Positions 46,521-56,229 of a stretch of 64,000 nt of DNA are shown here, in pieces. The stretch is from positions 433,195 to 497,194 of the IMG/VR virus record IMGVR_UViG_3300017971_000185; one strand, written 5' to 3'. The notes under the pieces are model-generated. The model had not been told where the DNA came from. It ran no database searches and was given only the letters and a program-made list of their open reading frames with translations. Position 1 is the stretch's first letter; each line of letters opens with the position of its first letter. The translations under genes and the position numbers were made by a program.

Positions 46521-46546
46521 TTGGGTTAGGTCTTGTGTGCCTGGAC
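46521..46546 (+). repeat. 26-nt direct repeat, copy 2
   Basis: Identical to 45367-45392. Confidence 0.85.
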
Positions 46547-46727
46547 GAGAGGGGTAGGATAATGGCTCACGAGCAGCAGGACGAGCAGAAGCAGGTCGTG
46601 AAGCGGCTTCGAGAGATTGCTGAGACTGCCGAGGACGATCCCGTGAAGGCCGCGGAGGACGCCGTTGCTGTGCTCAGGGATTTCGCGTCCCGTCTCCGTG
46701 AGGTGCCTGACGGGGTAGGATGAGGGC

Positions 46728-47234
46728 GTGCTCCGGGTCGAGTCCTTTCCCCTTGGCGAGCCCGCCGCGTTCGGTTCCTTCTGGACCCGTCGTCCGGCTC
46801 GACGTGGGACGGTGAGGGTTTTCATTGACGACCGCAAGCTCGTCGAGGCCCCCACGGTGACCGCCTGTCGAAGCGGGATCTCGTTTCACTTCACGGTGAC
46901 GCGCAAGAGCTACAGCGACTCCTTGTGGGTCAAGTGGCATCCTGACAGGGAGTGGCGTACCACGTGGATGAGAGGGGAGACGGTGCGCGTCGTCTACGAG
47001 GAGCCCGAGGAGCCCGAGTGCCCCTATCTCCAGGATGGGCTGCCTTGTGATGGTGGGCCCGTCCATCCCACGGGAAAGACCAGGGGTGCCGGTTCTCTGA
47101 TCGAGCACGAGTGGGCCTGTTCGTGCAAATACCAGACGTGGTGGAGTTACCGGGACCCCGATCCCGTGCGTGGGACGCCTGAGGAGCGATCTGAGCGTTC
47201 GAAGTTGCCTTGGTGTAGACTACGTTACTGGTGA
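46728..47234 (+). CDS. Hypothetical Cys-containing protein
   Basis: 168-aa ORF, GTG start after GAGG. Confidence 0.45.
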   Translation: MLRVESFPLGEPAAFGSFWTRRPARRGTVRVFIDDRKLVEAPTVTACRSGISFHFTVTRKSYSDSLWVKWHPDREWRTTWMRGETVRVVYEEPEEPECPYLQDGLPCDGGPVHPTGKTRGAGSLIEHEWACSCKYQTWWSYRDPDPVRGTPEERSERSKLPWCRLRYW

Positions 47235-47251
47235 GGTTGATGAGGAATGGG
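47200..47251 (+). repeat. 52-nt direct repeat, left copy (right copy 59160-59211)
   Basis: CGAAG(T/C)TGCCTTGGTGTAGACTACGTTAC(T/G)GG(T/C)GAGGTTGATGAGGAATGGG; 3 mismatches. Confidence 0.9.
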
Positions 47252-47459
47252 TGACGATGTGAGCCAGAAGCCAGCGACCGATGACTTGCACTTCCGCGGT
47301 CAACAGAAGTGCCTCAAGTGTGGCCGTTTCATGCGAAAGACACCCGACTACCAGATCTGGACGTGCCGATGCGGGGGTTGGGCCGTTGGTCTGGCGGACT
47401 TGGAACACATGCAGATTGCGACCGAGGTTCTCTTGGCTCGCGGGTGTGCGTGAGGAATC

Positions 47460-47825
47460 ATGAACAAGACGGACAAGATCCCGACCAACCGACGATCTCC
47501 GGCTGCTACGCTGGCGTATTTGGCTCACGAAGCGTGGGATGGGCATTCCGCTCTGATCGTTCACGGCGGCATCCGAGGTTCGGGGCCCTCAGAGCATCGA
47601 GCGTCGATTCTCCGGTTCTTTTGGAAACAGCGTCGGCCGGGAGCTTTCATCGAGCAACAGTCTCCTGAGGTGCGCCAGCGTTTGCGTGAGCTTAGGTCTG
47701 ACGACATAGCGAACGTTGGTGCGTTTCCAGATTGGTACGCGGCGGACGAATCCCCCGTAGGACGGGTCTGGAAACTGCCGGGTTCCAGAGATCGAAGCGG
47801 AGGGACGTACAATGACGCGTACTGA
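47460..47825 (+). CDS. Hypothetical protein, paralog of 59219-59566
   Basis: About 84% aa identity by manual alignment (RRSPAATLA.LAHEAW..VGAFPDWY). Confidence 0.8.
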   Translation: MNKTDKIPTNRRSPAATLAYLAHEAWDGHSALIVHGGIRGSGPSEHRASILRFFWKQRRPGAFIEQQSPEVRQRLRELRSDDIANVGAFPDWYAADESPVGRVWKLPGSRDRSGGTYNDAY

Positions 47826-48767
47826 GCCAGACGAACCTGGGCTTTATTGGGCGCTCATCGATGGCCGCTGGGAGTGCGTGTTGCTCAAGGGGCCTGACTT
47901 CATCGTCAGGATGGGAATGTCGGGTGGCTATTCGTCATCTATGCTTGTCATCCAGTGGGGAGAGCCGATCCCCGCACCAGGGGCCACGCATGGGTGAAAC
48001 CATGAACACGATCGAGGACATCACTTCGCGCCCGAGCCGAGGAGCTTCGTTCCGAGGCCGAGGAGCTAGAGCGACAGGCCCACGATATTCAGTACAGCGC
48101 GCCAACGCGCCAATGGCCCGGTGGTCGCCCACGTCGCCTTGCCGTCCAGCTTACAATGACGGACGTTTTCTGGATCGAGCTTGAGCGCCTGTGCGATGCC
48201 GGTTGCGTCGAAGCGGCACGCGCTTGGTTGCAGGGCGAAGTCTTGCCGAGACGGGACGGAGTTGATCTGTTGGGATTCGGGGACGCAGGGACCCAGTGCT
48301 TCCGCATGTTGGATCGTCTCGCAGGGGAGCCATGAACCTGGGTTGCGATACGTGTGGGCACATCGCCTGCGTTTGCGAGATCATGGCCGCGCATGAGGAT
48401 GGGTGTCGTTTCCGTCTCGCTGCGACGTGTGCCGTTCCTATCGAGTGCGACCATGGCTACGACGTGTGTCCGCGGTGCGATCCTTGCACCTGCACAGATC
48501 GGAAACCACAGTGACTCAGCCCGGTCCTTACCGAAAGCCAGATTTCCGTTGTGAGGAATGCACCATCCATGGCGAGCGGTGCATCCTGCCTCTTGGGCAT
48601 CGTGGGATGCACATGTTGTCTGGGGGCGACTGTTGGGTCACGGCGGGCACCGCGGCAGAGAGCTACGAGGACTGCATCTGGGCGGGAAGCAAGCCAGAGG
48701 ATGCCTGACCTGACCGGTGTTTGGGGTATACGGGAATAGCCCAGATGCTCGAAAGGTTGGGTTTCTC

Positions 48768-49301
48768 ATGCGCAAGTACCTTCTGATTCTCGGTTGCCTC
48801 GCCTTCATCGCCTAGATCGGCGTCAGGGCGTATGCTGCAATCCAGTACGACCGGCAGGTTGGTGGTCACCTGAAGCTCGCTGCTGATGCGTCCAACATCC
48901 AGCTTGCACAGGATCGGCTGGCTCTCGGTCTTGAGGGCATGGACGACCGACTAGGCGGAGGCAAGTGGTGCCATGACCCCGACAAGCAGGAATTCTACAC
49001 GTCGGTGGTCTACACGACTCCAGATGAGAACGTGTCATTTTGGTGCCAGAATCTACTCCAAGCGCTCACCGATCTGCGTGAGCTACCGCCTGATTCCGAC
49101 GCGCTCACGGTGAGCAACACGTTGATGAAGGTGCGTGAGACGCTGCTCGATGAGGGCCAGAGCGTGAGGGTCACGAGTCCAGACGGCATTTCGGTCTACC
49201 CCCACAACACGCCTTTCTTCTTGTGGGGGTGGGGATCGTTTCTGCTGATTGGCCTCTGTGTGGGGTCGTGGGTGTGGGAGAACCGGGAGGACATCTTCTA
49301 G
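48768..49301 (+). pseudogene. Membrane protein gene with an in-frame TAG at 48813-48815
   Basis: MRKYLLILGCLAFIA*IGVRAY... continues in frame into ORF 48939-49301; hydrophobic N- and C-termini. Confidence 0.6.
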
Positions 49302-49471
49302 GGAAACCGGTCGGAGTTGCCGACGCTGAGGAGTGACGGCAAGGTCACTCTTCGCGTTCTCAAGAGAACCCAGGTTGTCCTGGTTTCTCTCGCGCTTGGC
49401 GCTTGACGAAGAGATCTCCTTTTCGCTTCGCTGAATTTTTCGTGGAAGGTTGTTCTCGGCCTGATTAGGGG

Positions 49472-49500
49472 TTGACTCGGCGCAGGTCTCCAAGTATGGT
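49472..49500 (+). promoter_or_regulatory. Sigma70-type promoter of the cas operon
   Basis: TTGACT-N17-TATGGT; GGAG RBS at 49550-49553. Confidence 0.7.
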
Positions 49501-49563
49501 GGCGGGTGGCGGCGCACGGGGCGCGGCTGTCTCAATCTACCACCAACATGGAGATCAGATCAG

Positions 49564-50532
49564 ATGAAAACACCAAGTCTCAAGAGACTCGATTGGATGG
49601 CTTTCTTCGAATCGGAGTTGGGCATCTGCAATGGAGACCCGGACAATCCGGGTTATCCGAGGATGACGGAGGACGGCTATCTGGTGATCAGCGGTCCTTT
49701 CCTGAATCGTCTGGGACGCAATCAGTACGAGCGCATGGTGGAGACGGGCGAGCTGCCCGCAAAGGGGAATGCGATCCACATTCAGCGTGGAGCCCGGCTT
49801 GCTAACGTTGCTGAGGAAGCCATTGCTGCGGCTGATCCCAAGGAAGCCGGGAAGATCTTGGAGGATGCCCGTAGTAAGCGCGACAAAGAGGCTGAGGAGG
49901 GGAAGAAAAAGACAAGAGCCCGGTCGAGTGTCAAGTATCCAGAGGAGAAGGTTCACGATGCGCTGACTCGCACGTTCATCGATGACGCGATGTACGGATC
50001 GGTCTTGACGAGCACAGTTTACACAGCCCCTTCCATTCACGGCGCCGTCACTACGCGTATGGGCATGTCTCTTCATCCTGTGGAGCTACACAACATGACC
50101 AACACGCGCATGGCGTCTGATAGTGATGCGGTGGACCGTTCTCGCGACTTCGCGCGCTCTAAACCGGTTCGCTACGCGCTCATTCGCACTGTGGGAACCT
50201 TTGATGCTTTTCGGGCTGAGAAGAACCATGTCGATGCTGAGCGTCTCAAGGATTTCTTTGCCGTCTATCTGACGATGTGCGACAACGCGACATCGAATGC
50301 GCGCGGAACCTTCGGCCTTCGGGAGTTGATTGTGGTCAAGCACAAGAGCCCCACAGGCAGCATGAGTCTGATCGATTTCAAGGATCGGCTCAAGGTGCGT
50401 ATGCGGAATGGGGAGTGCCCGCGCTCGTTTGCCGACATCGAGCTTGGCTATGATGACAAGAACCTCCCTCCGGGGGCTGAGATCATCCGACTGGCTGAGC
50501 TACGGGGGAACTTGGATTGGCTGGTTAGCTGA
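49564..50532 (+). CDS. cas7: Type I-C Cas7 (Csd2), divergent
   Basis: CNGDPDNPGYPRMTEDG, FIDDAMYGSV, GAVTTRMGMSLHPV..TNTR. Confidence 0.85.
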   Translation: MKTPSLKRLDWMAFFESELGICNGDPDNPGYPRMTEDGYLVISGPFLNRLGRNQYERMVETGELPAKGNAIHIQRGARLANVAEEAIAAADPKEAGKILEDARSKRDKEAEEGKKKTRARSSVKYPEEKVHDALTRTFIDDAMYGSVLTSTVYTAPSIHGAVTTRMGMSLHPVELHNMTNTRMASDSDAVDRSRDFARSKPVRYALIRTVGTFDAFRAEKNHVDAERLKDFFAVYLTMCDNATSNARGTFGLRELIVVKHKSPTGSMSLIDFKDRLKVRMRNGECPRSFADIELGYDDKNLPPGAEIIRLAELRGNLDWLVS

Positions 50533-51197
50533 TGCCAAGTGTTTACTTTCAGGGCGACTTCGCCCACTTTTCCAACCCGCTGCTGAAGGCCGAGGGGACT
50601 ACCTTTCCCGGCCCTCCGCCTTCGGCTCTCCGCGGAGCCATTGAAAACATCCTGTTCAAGATGGGCGTCTACGTGGATGTCCGCCGCATCACGTACCACC
50701 GGCCGATTCGGACGATGAACTTCAAGACGAACGGCCTCAAACATGCGGTAGGCATGTCGCAGATCACGCTCCCGGATGCCCATCAGATGAACAACACGTT
50801 GCTCTACGACGTGGCCTATACAGTGGACTTCGATCTGCGCTTGTGTTGGCGTGACCGAGAGACCCAAGAGATCGTTAAGTTCGATGAGAGGGTGCTGGAG
50901 AGCCAGGATCTTCGGAAGTACATGGCGATGTACGAGAAGTATATCCGCCTGGGTAAGTGTCAGCACCCGCCTTGGCTGGGGTCGAAATTCTGCGAAGCTC
51001 TGTTCAGGGCACCCCGGCCCGAGGACACGCCGATTCAGGAGTCGCGGGACTTGGGGATGATGACGCACGGCATCGAGTACCGTAAGGCGGGGAACATCAC
51101 CCATGTCTTTCATCCGGTGATGAGAGACGGGGTTGTAGAGGTGGACTCGTTCTTCGATGTTCTCAAGGCCCGCTACGGGTTGAGGGCGGGTCAATGA
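50532..51197 (+). CDS. cas5: Type I-C Cas5 (Cas5c/Cas5d)
   Basis: GDFAHFSNP..PPPSALRGAIENI, LLYDVAY, PPWLG, DLGMM, PVMRDGVVEV. Confidence 0.88.
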   Translation: MPSVYFQGDFAHFSNPLLKAEGTTFPGPPPSALRGAIENILFKMGVYVDVRRITYHRPIRTMNFKTNGLKHAVGMSQITLPDAHQMNNTLLYDVAYTVDFDLRLCWRDRETQEIVKFDERVLESQDLRKYMAMYEKYIRLGKCQHPPWLGSKFCEALFRAPRPEDTPIQESRDLGMMTHGIEYRKAGNITHVFHPVMRDGVVEVDSFFDVLKARYGLRAGQ

Positions 51198-52870
51198 TTC
51201 GTCTCGACACACTCGTTGCCTTGGGGCAACGGGAAAAACTCGGCTATCTGCTCGATGACCAGCGGCCCTATGGGGAAGTTGTGTTGGATGCGGAGGGCCA
51301 CATCATCACTGTTCGCAAATCCTCTGGGGCGGTTCCCGTCCCAGACTTGCCCAATCGCACCAACTCCGAGTTGCGCATTGGGATGTATGTCGAGAACGAG
51401 ATGTATCTCTTTGGGACGACTCCGAAGGAGTACAAGGACCCCACGAAGCCTAGGAAAGCGCTGGAGCACGCTGCTGAAGCCTATGCCAAGATCGCCAAGG
51501 AAGTGCGGATCAAAGCCACACAGGCGGTCGCGCGGTTCTACGACTTGTCTCTAAGGGGCAAGCACAAGGTGCCGAAGGGGTGGCGATTTCAGCGGTATGT
51601 GTTTGTCTATAAGGACCAATACCTGCCCAGCGTTCCGCAGCTTCGCCCTGTGATTGAGAAATTTGTAGATGCCATTCCTAGCGTGGACAGCATCGAAAGG
51701 CAGTGCTTGATTACGGGAGAGTGGGTGCGGTGTCAGACGACGCCCCACGCAAACACCAAAGGACTTAGCTCCAACTCCAGTGGAGCGTCCTTTGTGAGTT
51801 TCAATGGGACAAGTCAGTACCAGGGGCGTCCCGAGGATCGGTTCTTGACGGCTCCCATCGCCCCTGGTGTATCTCGACTCATGACTTCAGCGCTTTCGTG
51901 GTTGAGCCGGAATCGTAGAATCCAACTCACGCCCGATCTCAATGTCTTGGTCTGGACTGAGGAAGGCCACCCGCTAGAGGCTCTCGGGCCGAAGTTGTTT
52001 GCGCCAGAGAAGGAGTCCCGAGAACAGCGAACGAAACGCGAAGAGGAAGCCGTTGGTGACCTCTTCGCTCATCCTGAGTGGGATGAGAGCACGGAGGCCG
52101 CCTACCTCCTGACAACGACTGGGAATATGGGTCGCTTCGCGGTCCGTGAGTGGGAGGAAACGACTGTCGGCAGGCTCTCTGCCAATCTGAGGCGGTTCGT
52201 TCAGGACTTCACAGTCGAGATCACAGTTGGGGAAGAGGAAGTCCAAGCTCGTCACACGTCTCTCTCGCGGCTGTACGCAGCGTGGTCCGATAGGCAGGTG
52301 GTACACCGTGACATCCTTGCCCTAGCCAACATGGCGCTCAAAGGAATGCCGGTACCAGAGTGTGCGTGGCCCTCCGGTGCGCCAGAAACCATTATCCAGA
52401 AAGCCATCTTTCAAGCGTATAGGAAACGGAACATGGAGAATCCAGGAAATTTCACAGCGGACATCAGCGTAGACGGGCAGTCGAATGCTTACCGGATGGG
52501 ACGGGCTTGTGCCGTCATGGAGGACGCTCGGTACAGCGCGAACAGAGCCAACAGTCGGGGGGTGATCGCGCACAATGTGGTTGACAACCCGTCTGTTGGG
52601 TTTCACCGGGCGATGCAGTCCATCATCCACCATTTGCCCAAGCGCCCAGGCAATCAGTACGCTGAGAGTCTCAGCGTGTTCACCAGCGGGATCGAAATTC
52701 CTGATCGGTTTGCTGTTCGGGAGCAGAACGAGTTTTGGCTGGGGTATCTCTACGAGCAGGGCCGTCAAAGCTACTTGTATAGGCTGGGGCGCGATGCCAA
52801 GAGCGCCAAGAAGAGCGAGCAGGGCGCGGATGGCCAGGACGTAGACGCCAGGGCATTGCTTGATGATTGA
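51194..52870 (+). CDS. cas8c: Type I-C Cas8c (Csd1)
   Basis: CLITG..PH..KG..ASFVSFN, TSALSWL, VLVW, AYRMGR..FWLGY. Confidence 0.82.
   Translation: MIRLDTLVALGQREKLGYLLDDQRPYGEVVLDAEGHIITVRKSSGAVPVPDLPNRTNSELRIGMYVENEMYLFGTTPKEYKDPTKPRKALEHAAEAYAKIAKEVRIKATQAVARFYDLSLRGKHKVPKGWRFQRYVFVYKDQYLPSVPQLRPVIEKFVDAIPSVDSIERQCLITGEWVRCQTTPHANTKGLSSNSSGASFVSFNGTSQYQGRPEDRFLTAPIAPGVSRLMTSALSWLSRNRRIQLTPDLNVLVWTEEGHPLEALGPKLFAPEKESREQRTKREEEAVGDLFAHPEWDESTEAAYLLTTTGNMGRFAVREWEETTVGRLSANLRRFVQDFTVEITVGEEEVQARHTSLSRLYAAWSDRQVVHRDILALANMALKGMPVPECAWPSGAPETIIQKAIFQAYRKRNMENPGNFTADISVDGQSNAYRMGRACAVMEDARYSANRANSRGVIAHNVVDNPSVGFHRAMQSIIHHLPKRPGNQYAESLSVFTSGIEIPDRFAVREQNEFWLGYLYEQGRQSYLYRLGRDAKSAKKSEQGADGQDVDARALLDD
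52433..52870 (+). CDS. cas11: Putative Cas11c by internal translation of cas8c
   Basis: AGGA..CGGA RBS and in-frame ATG just before the SNAYRMGR segment, where type I-C Cas11 normally begins. Confidence 0.55.
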   Translation: MENPGNFTADISVDGQSNAYRMGRACAVMEDARYSANRANSRGVIAHNVVDNPSVGFHRAMQSIIHHLPKRPGNQYAESLSVFTSGIEIPDRFAVREQNEFWLGYLYEQGRQSYLYRLGRDAKSAKKSEQGADGQDVDARALLDD

Positions 52871-55070
52871 CGTGTGTCAATTCGTCACCGGCCTCTCCTC
52901 GGACAGAGGAGAGGCCGAATCTTCTGGCCCCGACTCTCTGTGGGAGCATCAGCAGTTTGGGTTCCTTGATGTAGTAGACCACATCCTGAATCGGAAGGAG
53001 AAGCAAGTTGGGCTGTCTGGCCAGCCAGGGTGTGGTAAGACGCGCCTTACGACGTATATTGCGGCTTACTTGGCCAAGTCTCCGGTGTCTCCTATCACTA
53101 GAGTAGTCGTTGTGGTCCCGACCCAGATCATTCGGGACCAGTACAGAGGACAGAAGTCTGTAGTCCGGTTTGGGGCTGTTGAGGACGTAGCTGGGGAGGG
53201 CCCGAACAACAAAGCTGTCATCTCGGTCCCTGACATTGACTTAGGGAAGCTGATAGACCCTATGGTGGCTGGTCCAAAATATCTCGTGGACCACGTCACA
53301 GGTGCCGGCAAGCCGAGAGTCATCCTTGCCACGACTATGGACACCTTTCGCAGAGCCCTAGATTGCATTGGCGACATGAGCCATGTGTTAGTCGTTCTCG
53401 ATGAGGCGCATCGGTTCCCTGTAGGAGAATTCAAAGCATGGGCAAAGGCCAGAGTCGCTTGTGAGGAGAAGAGTGCCACTATCCTTGCCACGACGGCTAC
53501 GATGTACCGAGCGGACGGGCTTCCGATTTGTCCTGGTGCGTACATACACCAAATTCCCCGGATCAAACTGATTGAGGCTGGCCTCTGCCCAAGTCGCTTT
53601 CCTGTAAAGGTTGTTCTCCTTCCCTCCGTCGCTAAGACAGCGACGGAGGTAGTGGATGTCCGTGTGAAAGGGGAAGGAACGGAAGGAACCCTTGTAGAGC
53701 TTCTGACCGATGACGATCTCCGTTTTGGGGTGCGGCATTGGGTTGGTCTGGGATGCCCGTTTGGCCTCATGCGATGCCAAACCCAGGCGTTGACCAAGCG
53801 CTTGAAAGAAATTGTCGAGGAGGAGTGTCCCCACCTGAAGGCTGAGGAGGTGGGGCGCCCCGTTGTGGATCTTTCGGGCAAAGAGGTAGACAAGATGTGG
53901 CCCGTTGTGGATCTTTCGGGTTCCAAGGTGAACAAGGCGTTGGAGGCCCAGATTGCGCATGATGGCCGTGTGCGGCATGCCAATGAGATACGGACACAGC
54001 TAGTTGTGGGCATTCGACGTGTTGAGTGTGGTTTCGACTGGCCTCCGGTATCTCATGTCTTCAACTTCGGGCTCATTTCGTCTGAGACCCTCCTGGCCCA
54101 GCTTCGAGGACGGGGTTGGCGTTCGAAGACGAGATACGAGGGCTACCCTGAGCGGTTTCGGGATGAGGCGTGGCTCATCATGTTTGTGCCGACTGTGTCA
54201 GAGGAAGCTCGAACGGAGTTTCTGAGGAGCCCTGATCATCTCAAGCTGTTGATGATCATCGCGGCGACCACGGTCAATGAAGAGGCAGGTACTCTGCTGT
54301 CGTTCATCCATGATGAGATCCAGAAGGGGTTGTCGCGGTATGTGCGTGGGTACCGGGACCAGTTGCAGGTCATCCGTATCCTGGGGGCCCTCAACCCTGA
54401 GCCCAGAGAGATGGACGAAATACGGGCTGATCTTGGAAAGATCGAGACTCGGCTCGGAGGCGATGTGTCCGTTTCGGACTACATCAGAGAGATTGTCTTA
54501 GAGTCGCGGGACGAGAAGAAGCGTGGGGTCGTGAAGAGAAAGTGGTCGAGACGACGGAAGCTCGGAGCCCTGATTCTTTTGTTGGGGCAGAAGGGTCAGT
54601 CCAAGAAAGAGACCGCGCGGCTGATTCGGGAGCTTCTGGACAAGAAGAAATCGGTTACGCTCGTGGAGAGTCCTGAGCAGGTTTCAGATGAGGTTCGCTC
54701 CGTGCTTGCAGATGCTCTCAATCAGTTGGTTGAGAAGCATGGCGACATTGTTACCTTCACGGACACATACGAGGAGATGGCGGCCACCATGAACACCGAT
54801 GTGGACACTATCCGTCGCATGCAGCGAGAGGTGGACCGTCTGACACAATTCAAGCCTCGCAGCTATCAGGTTGCTGTTGAGGCTGTTAGCCAAGAGTTGG
54901 TTCACTGCGGAAGGCGGTGGAAGGTTCTCCAGGACCTTTCCGGGCCTCTTGGCTTGGACCCAGGGACCTACACAATGCGTCATCTCGATCGCGATCTACG
55001 ACATCAGGTGTTGAAAGGCCAGCCAGAGGACATCAACAGTTTGAGAGACTTGAGGCATGCGTTTCGGTAA
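52860..55070 (+). CDS. SF2 (DEAH) helicase without HD nuclease domain
   Basis: LWEHQ, GQPGCGKT, LDEAH, TAT, VECGFDWP, QLRGRGWR; motif I starts ~50 aa from the N-terminus. Confidence 0.8.
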   Translation: MMIDVCQFVTGLSSDRGEAESSGPDSLWEHQQFGFLDVVDHILNRKEKQVGLSGQPGCGKTRLTTYIAAYLAKSPVSPITRVVVVVPTQIIRDQYRGQKSVVRFGAVEDVAGEGPNNKAVISVPDIDLGKLIDPMVAGPKYLVDHVTGAGKPRVILATTMDTFRRALDCIGDMSHVLVVLDEAHRFPVGEFKAWAKARVACEEKSATILATTATMYRADGLPICPGAYIHQIPRIKLIEAGLCPSRFPVKVVLLPSVAKTATEVVDVRVKGEGTEGTLVELLTDDDLRFGVRHWVGLGCPFGLMRCQTQALTKRLKEIVEEECPHLKAEEVGRPVVDLSGKEVDKMWPVVDLSGSKVNKALEAQIAHDGRVRHANEIRTQLVVGIRRVECGFDWPPVSHVFNFGLISSETLLAQLRGRGWRSKTRYEGYPERFRDEAWLIMFVPTVSEEARTEFLRSPDHLKLLMIIAATTVNEEAGTLLSFIHDEIQKGLSRYVRGYRDQLQVIRILGALNPEPREMDEIRADLGKIETRLGGDVSVSDYIREIVLESRDEKKRGVVKRKWSRRRKLGALILLLGQKGQSKKETARLIRELLDKKKSVTLVESPEQVSDEVRSVLADALNQLVEKHGDIVTFTDTYEEMAATMNTDVDTIRRMQREVDRLTQFKPRSYQVAVEAVSQELVHCGRRWKVLQDLSGPLGLDPGTYTMRHLDRDLRHQVLKGQPEDINSLRDLRHAFR

Positions 55071-55689
55071 GGCCAAGGAAGTTTCGCGGGAGAACAATCT
55101 CCTTCACGTGATGAACAGCTATTTGCTGTTCTCGGGCGGCAAGATGCGAGTCGATTGGCTGGAGGTGCCGGGCGAAGGCTCTCCGATGGTGAGAATCCTT
55201 CGATCCTATCTCGTACCGGGCGTGTCCAAGCTCGTTTGTTTGGATCGTAACGCCGAGTACGTCCGGGAGGGCGAGGAGCAATACGGGAGTGAGATCTGCG
55301 AGTGGGTTTTGGCCGATGACTTGTTTGCCGAGCTAGCTAATTCACCGGACAAGTACGCTAACGTAGGGGTTCTGAATGTCGATCTCTACAACAGCCTTCG
55401 TCTGCTCGAATTCCCCGAACAGATGCGGATCGTCATGGAGTTTGCCACACGCCAGTTCTGGGCGATCGGGGCCTTCATGGTGTTTCTGAACTACTCGATG
55501 CGAGGCAGTGTTCGCGAGGAGTTTGCTCAAGACGTGATCAAGACTCTGGAGCCTTATCTAGATTTGTCACAGGTTGATCTCACTGATGAGGGCTACCTGT
55601 ACAAAGGAGGAACGCCTGACCAACCAGGCAACCGGAGATTGAATCTTCGGATACACCTAGGACCAACAAGGACACCGAACAATGAGTAA
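55057..55689 (+). CDS. Putative class I SAM-dependent methyltransferase-like protein
   Basis: Rossmann-like order WLEVPGEGS (motif I), LVCLDRN (acidic end of beta2), VLNVDLY, VFLNYS. Confidence 0.45.
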   Translation: MRFGKAKEVSRENNLLHVMNSYLLFSGGKMRVDWLEVPGEGSPMVRILRSYLVPGVSKLVCLDRNAEYVREGEEQYGSEICEWVLADDLFAELANSPDKYANVGVLNVDLYNSLRLLEFPEQMRIVMEFATRQFWAIGAFMVFLNYSMRGSVREEFAQDVIKTLEPYLDLSQVDLTDEGYLYKGGTPDQPGNRRLNLRIHLGPTRTPNNE

Positions 55690-56020
55690 GAAGAACGATG
55701 ATCTGGAGGCGGTTCGTGTGATCGCTGATGCGCTTGAACCGTTTGATGATGTCGTCAGGGAGCGTATTCTGAAATGGGCATGTGAGCGGGTCGGGATGCA
55801 CCCCAAGGAGATCAAGATCATACATGAGACACAAACTGCCTATTCGGAAGACGGTGGGGGTGGGAAGAGCCCCGCCGAGAAGGCAGCCAGGACCAGGAAG
55901 GCCAATGCTGAGAAGCGCTCTGAGGCCGCCAGGAAAGCGAACAAGACCAGGGGGAAGAAGGGGCGATCCGAGGCCGCAAAGAAGGCAGCGGCTACGCGTC
56001 GTGCTTGTCAGGCTGCCTAG
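55682..56020 (+). CDS. Small protein with basic histone-H1-like AxKAxxTR repeats
   Basis: AEKAARTRK, EAARKANKTRG, EAAKKAAATRR. Confidence 0.65.
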   Translation: MSKKNDDLEAVRVIADALEPFDDVVRERILKWACERVGMHPKEIKIIHETQTAYSEDGGGGKSPAEKAARTRKANAEKRSEAARKANKTRGKKGRSEAAKKAAATRRACQAA

Positions 56021-56026
56021 AGGCAG

Positions 56027-56076
56027 AAAAGCACGCTACGGGTCGCGTGAGCGCCTCCTAGTTTTGCGTGCCTTTT
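56027..56076 (+). terminator. Hairpin closing the cas operon
   Basis: AAAAGCACGC..GCGTGCCTTTT inverted repeat after the last stop. Confidence 0.45.
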
Positions 56077-56229
56077 CCTGAGGTTTCCTTCTGCGGGGCG
56101 ATTGCGAGTACAACGAGCTTTCTGACATTCGCAGAGTAGAACACGTCAGCGCTGTTCAGGCGCGCGATTTCACCCCTCGTGCATAACCTGCGATTACGAG
56201 CAATGATTTCAGCAGGTTCTAAGCCAAGG

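Noticed and set aside
45810-46722. GGGGTAG(G/A) motif as a promoter
   Set aside because: At 46551 and 46713 it sits only 1-5 nt from the start codon and is explained equally well as part of an SD region
52860-55070. Calling the helicase cas3
   Set aside because: No HD domain in or next to it, and the motif context differs from Cas3; left unnamed pending phylogeny
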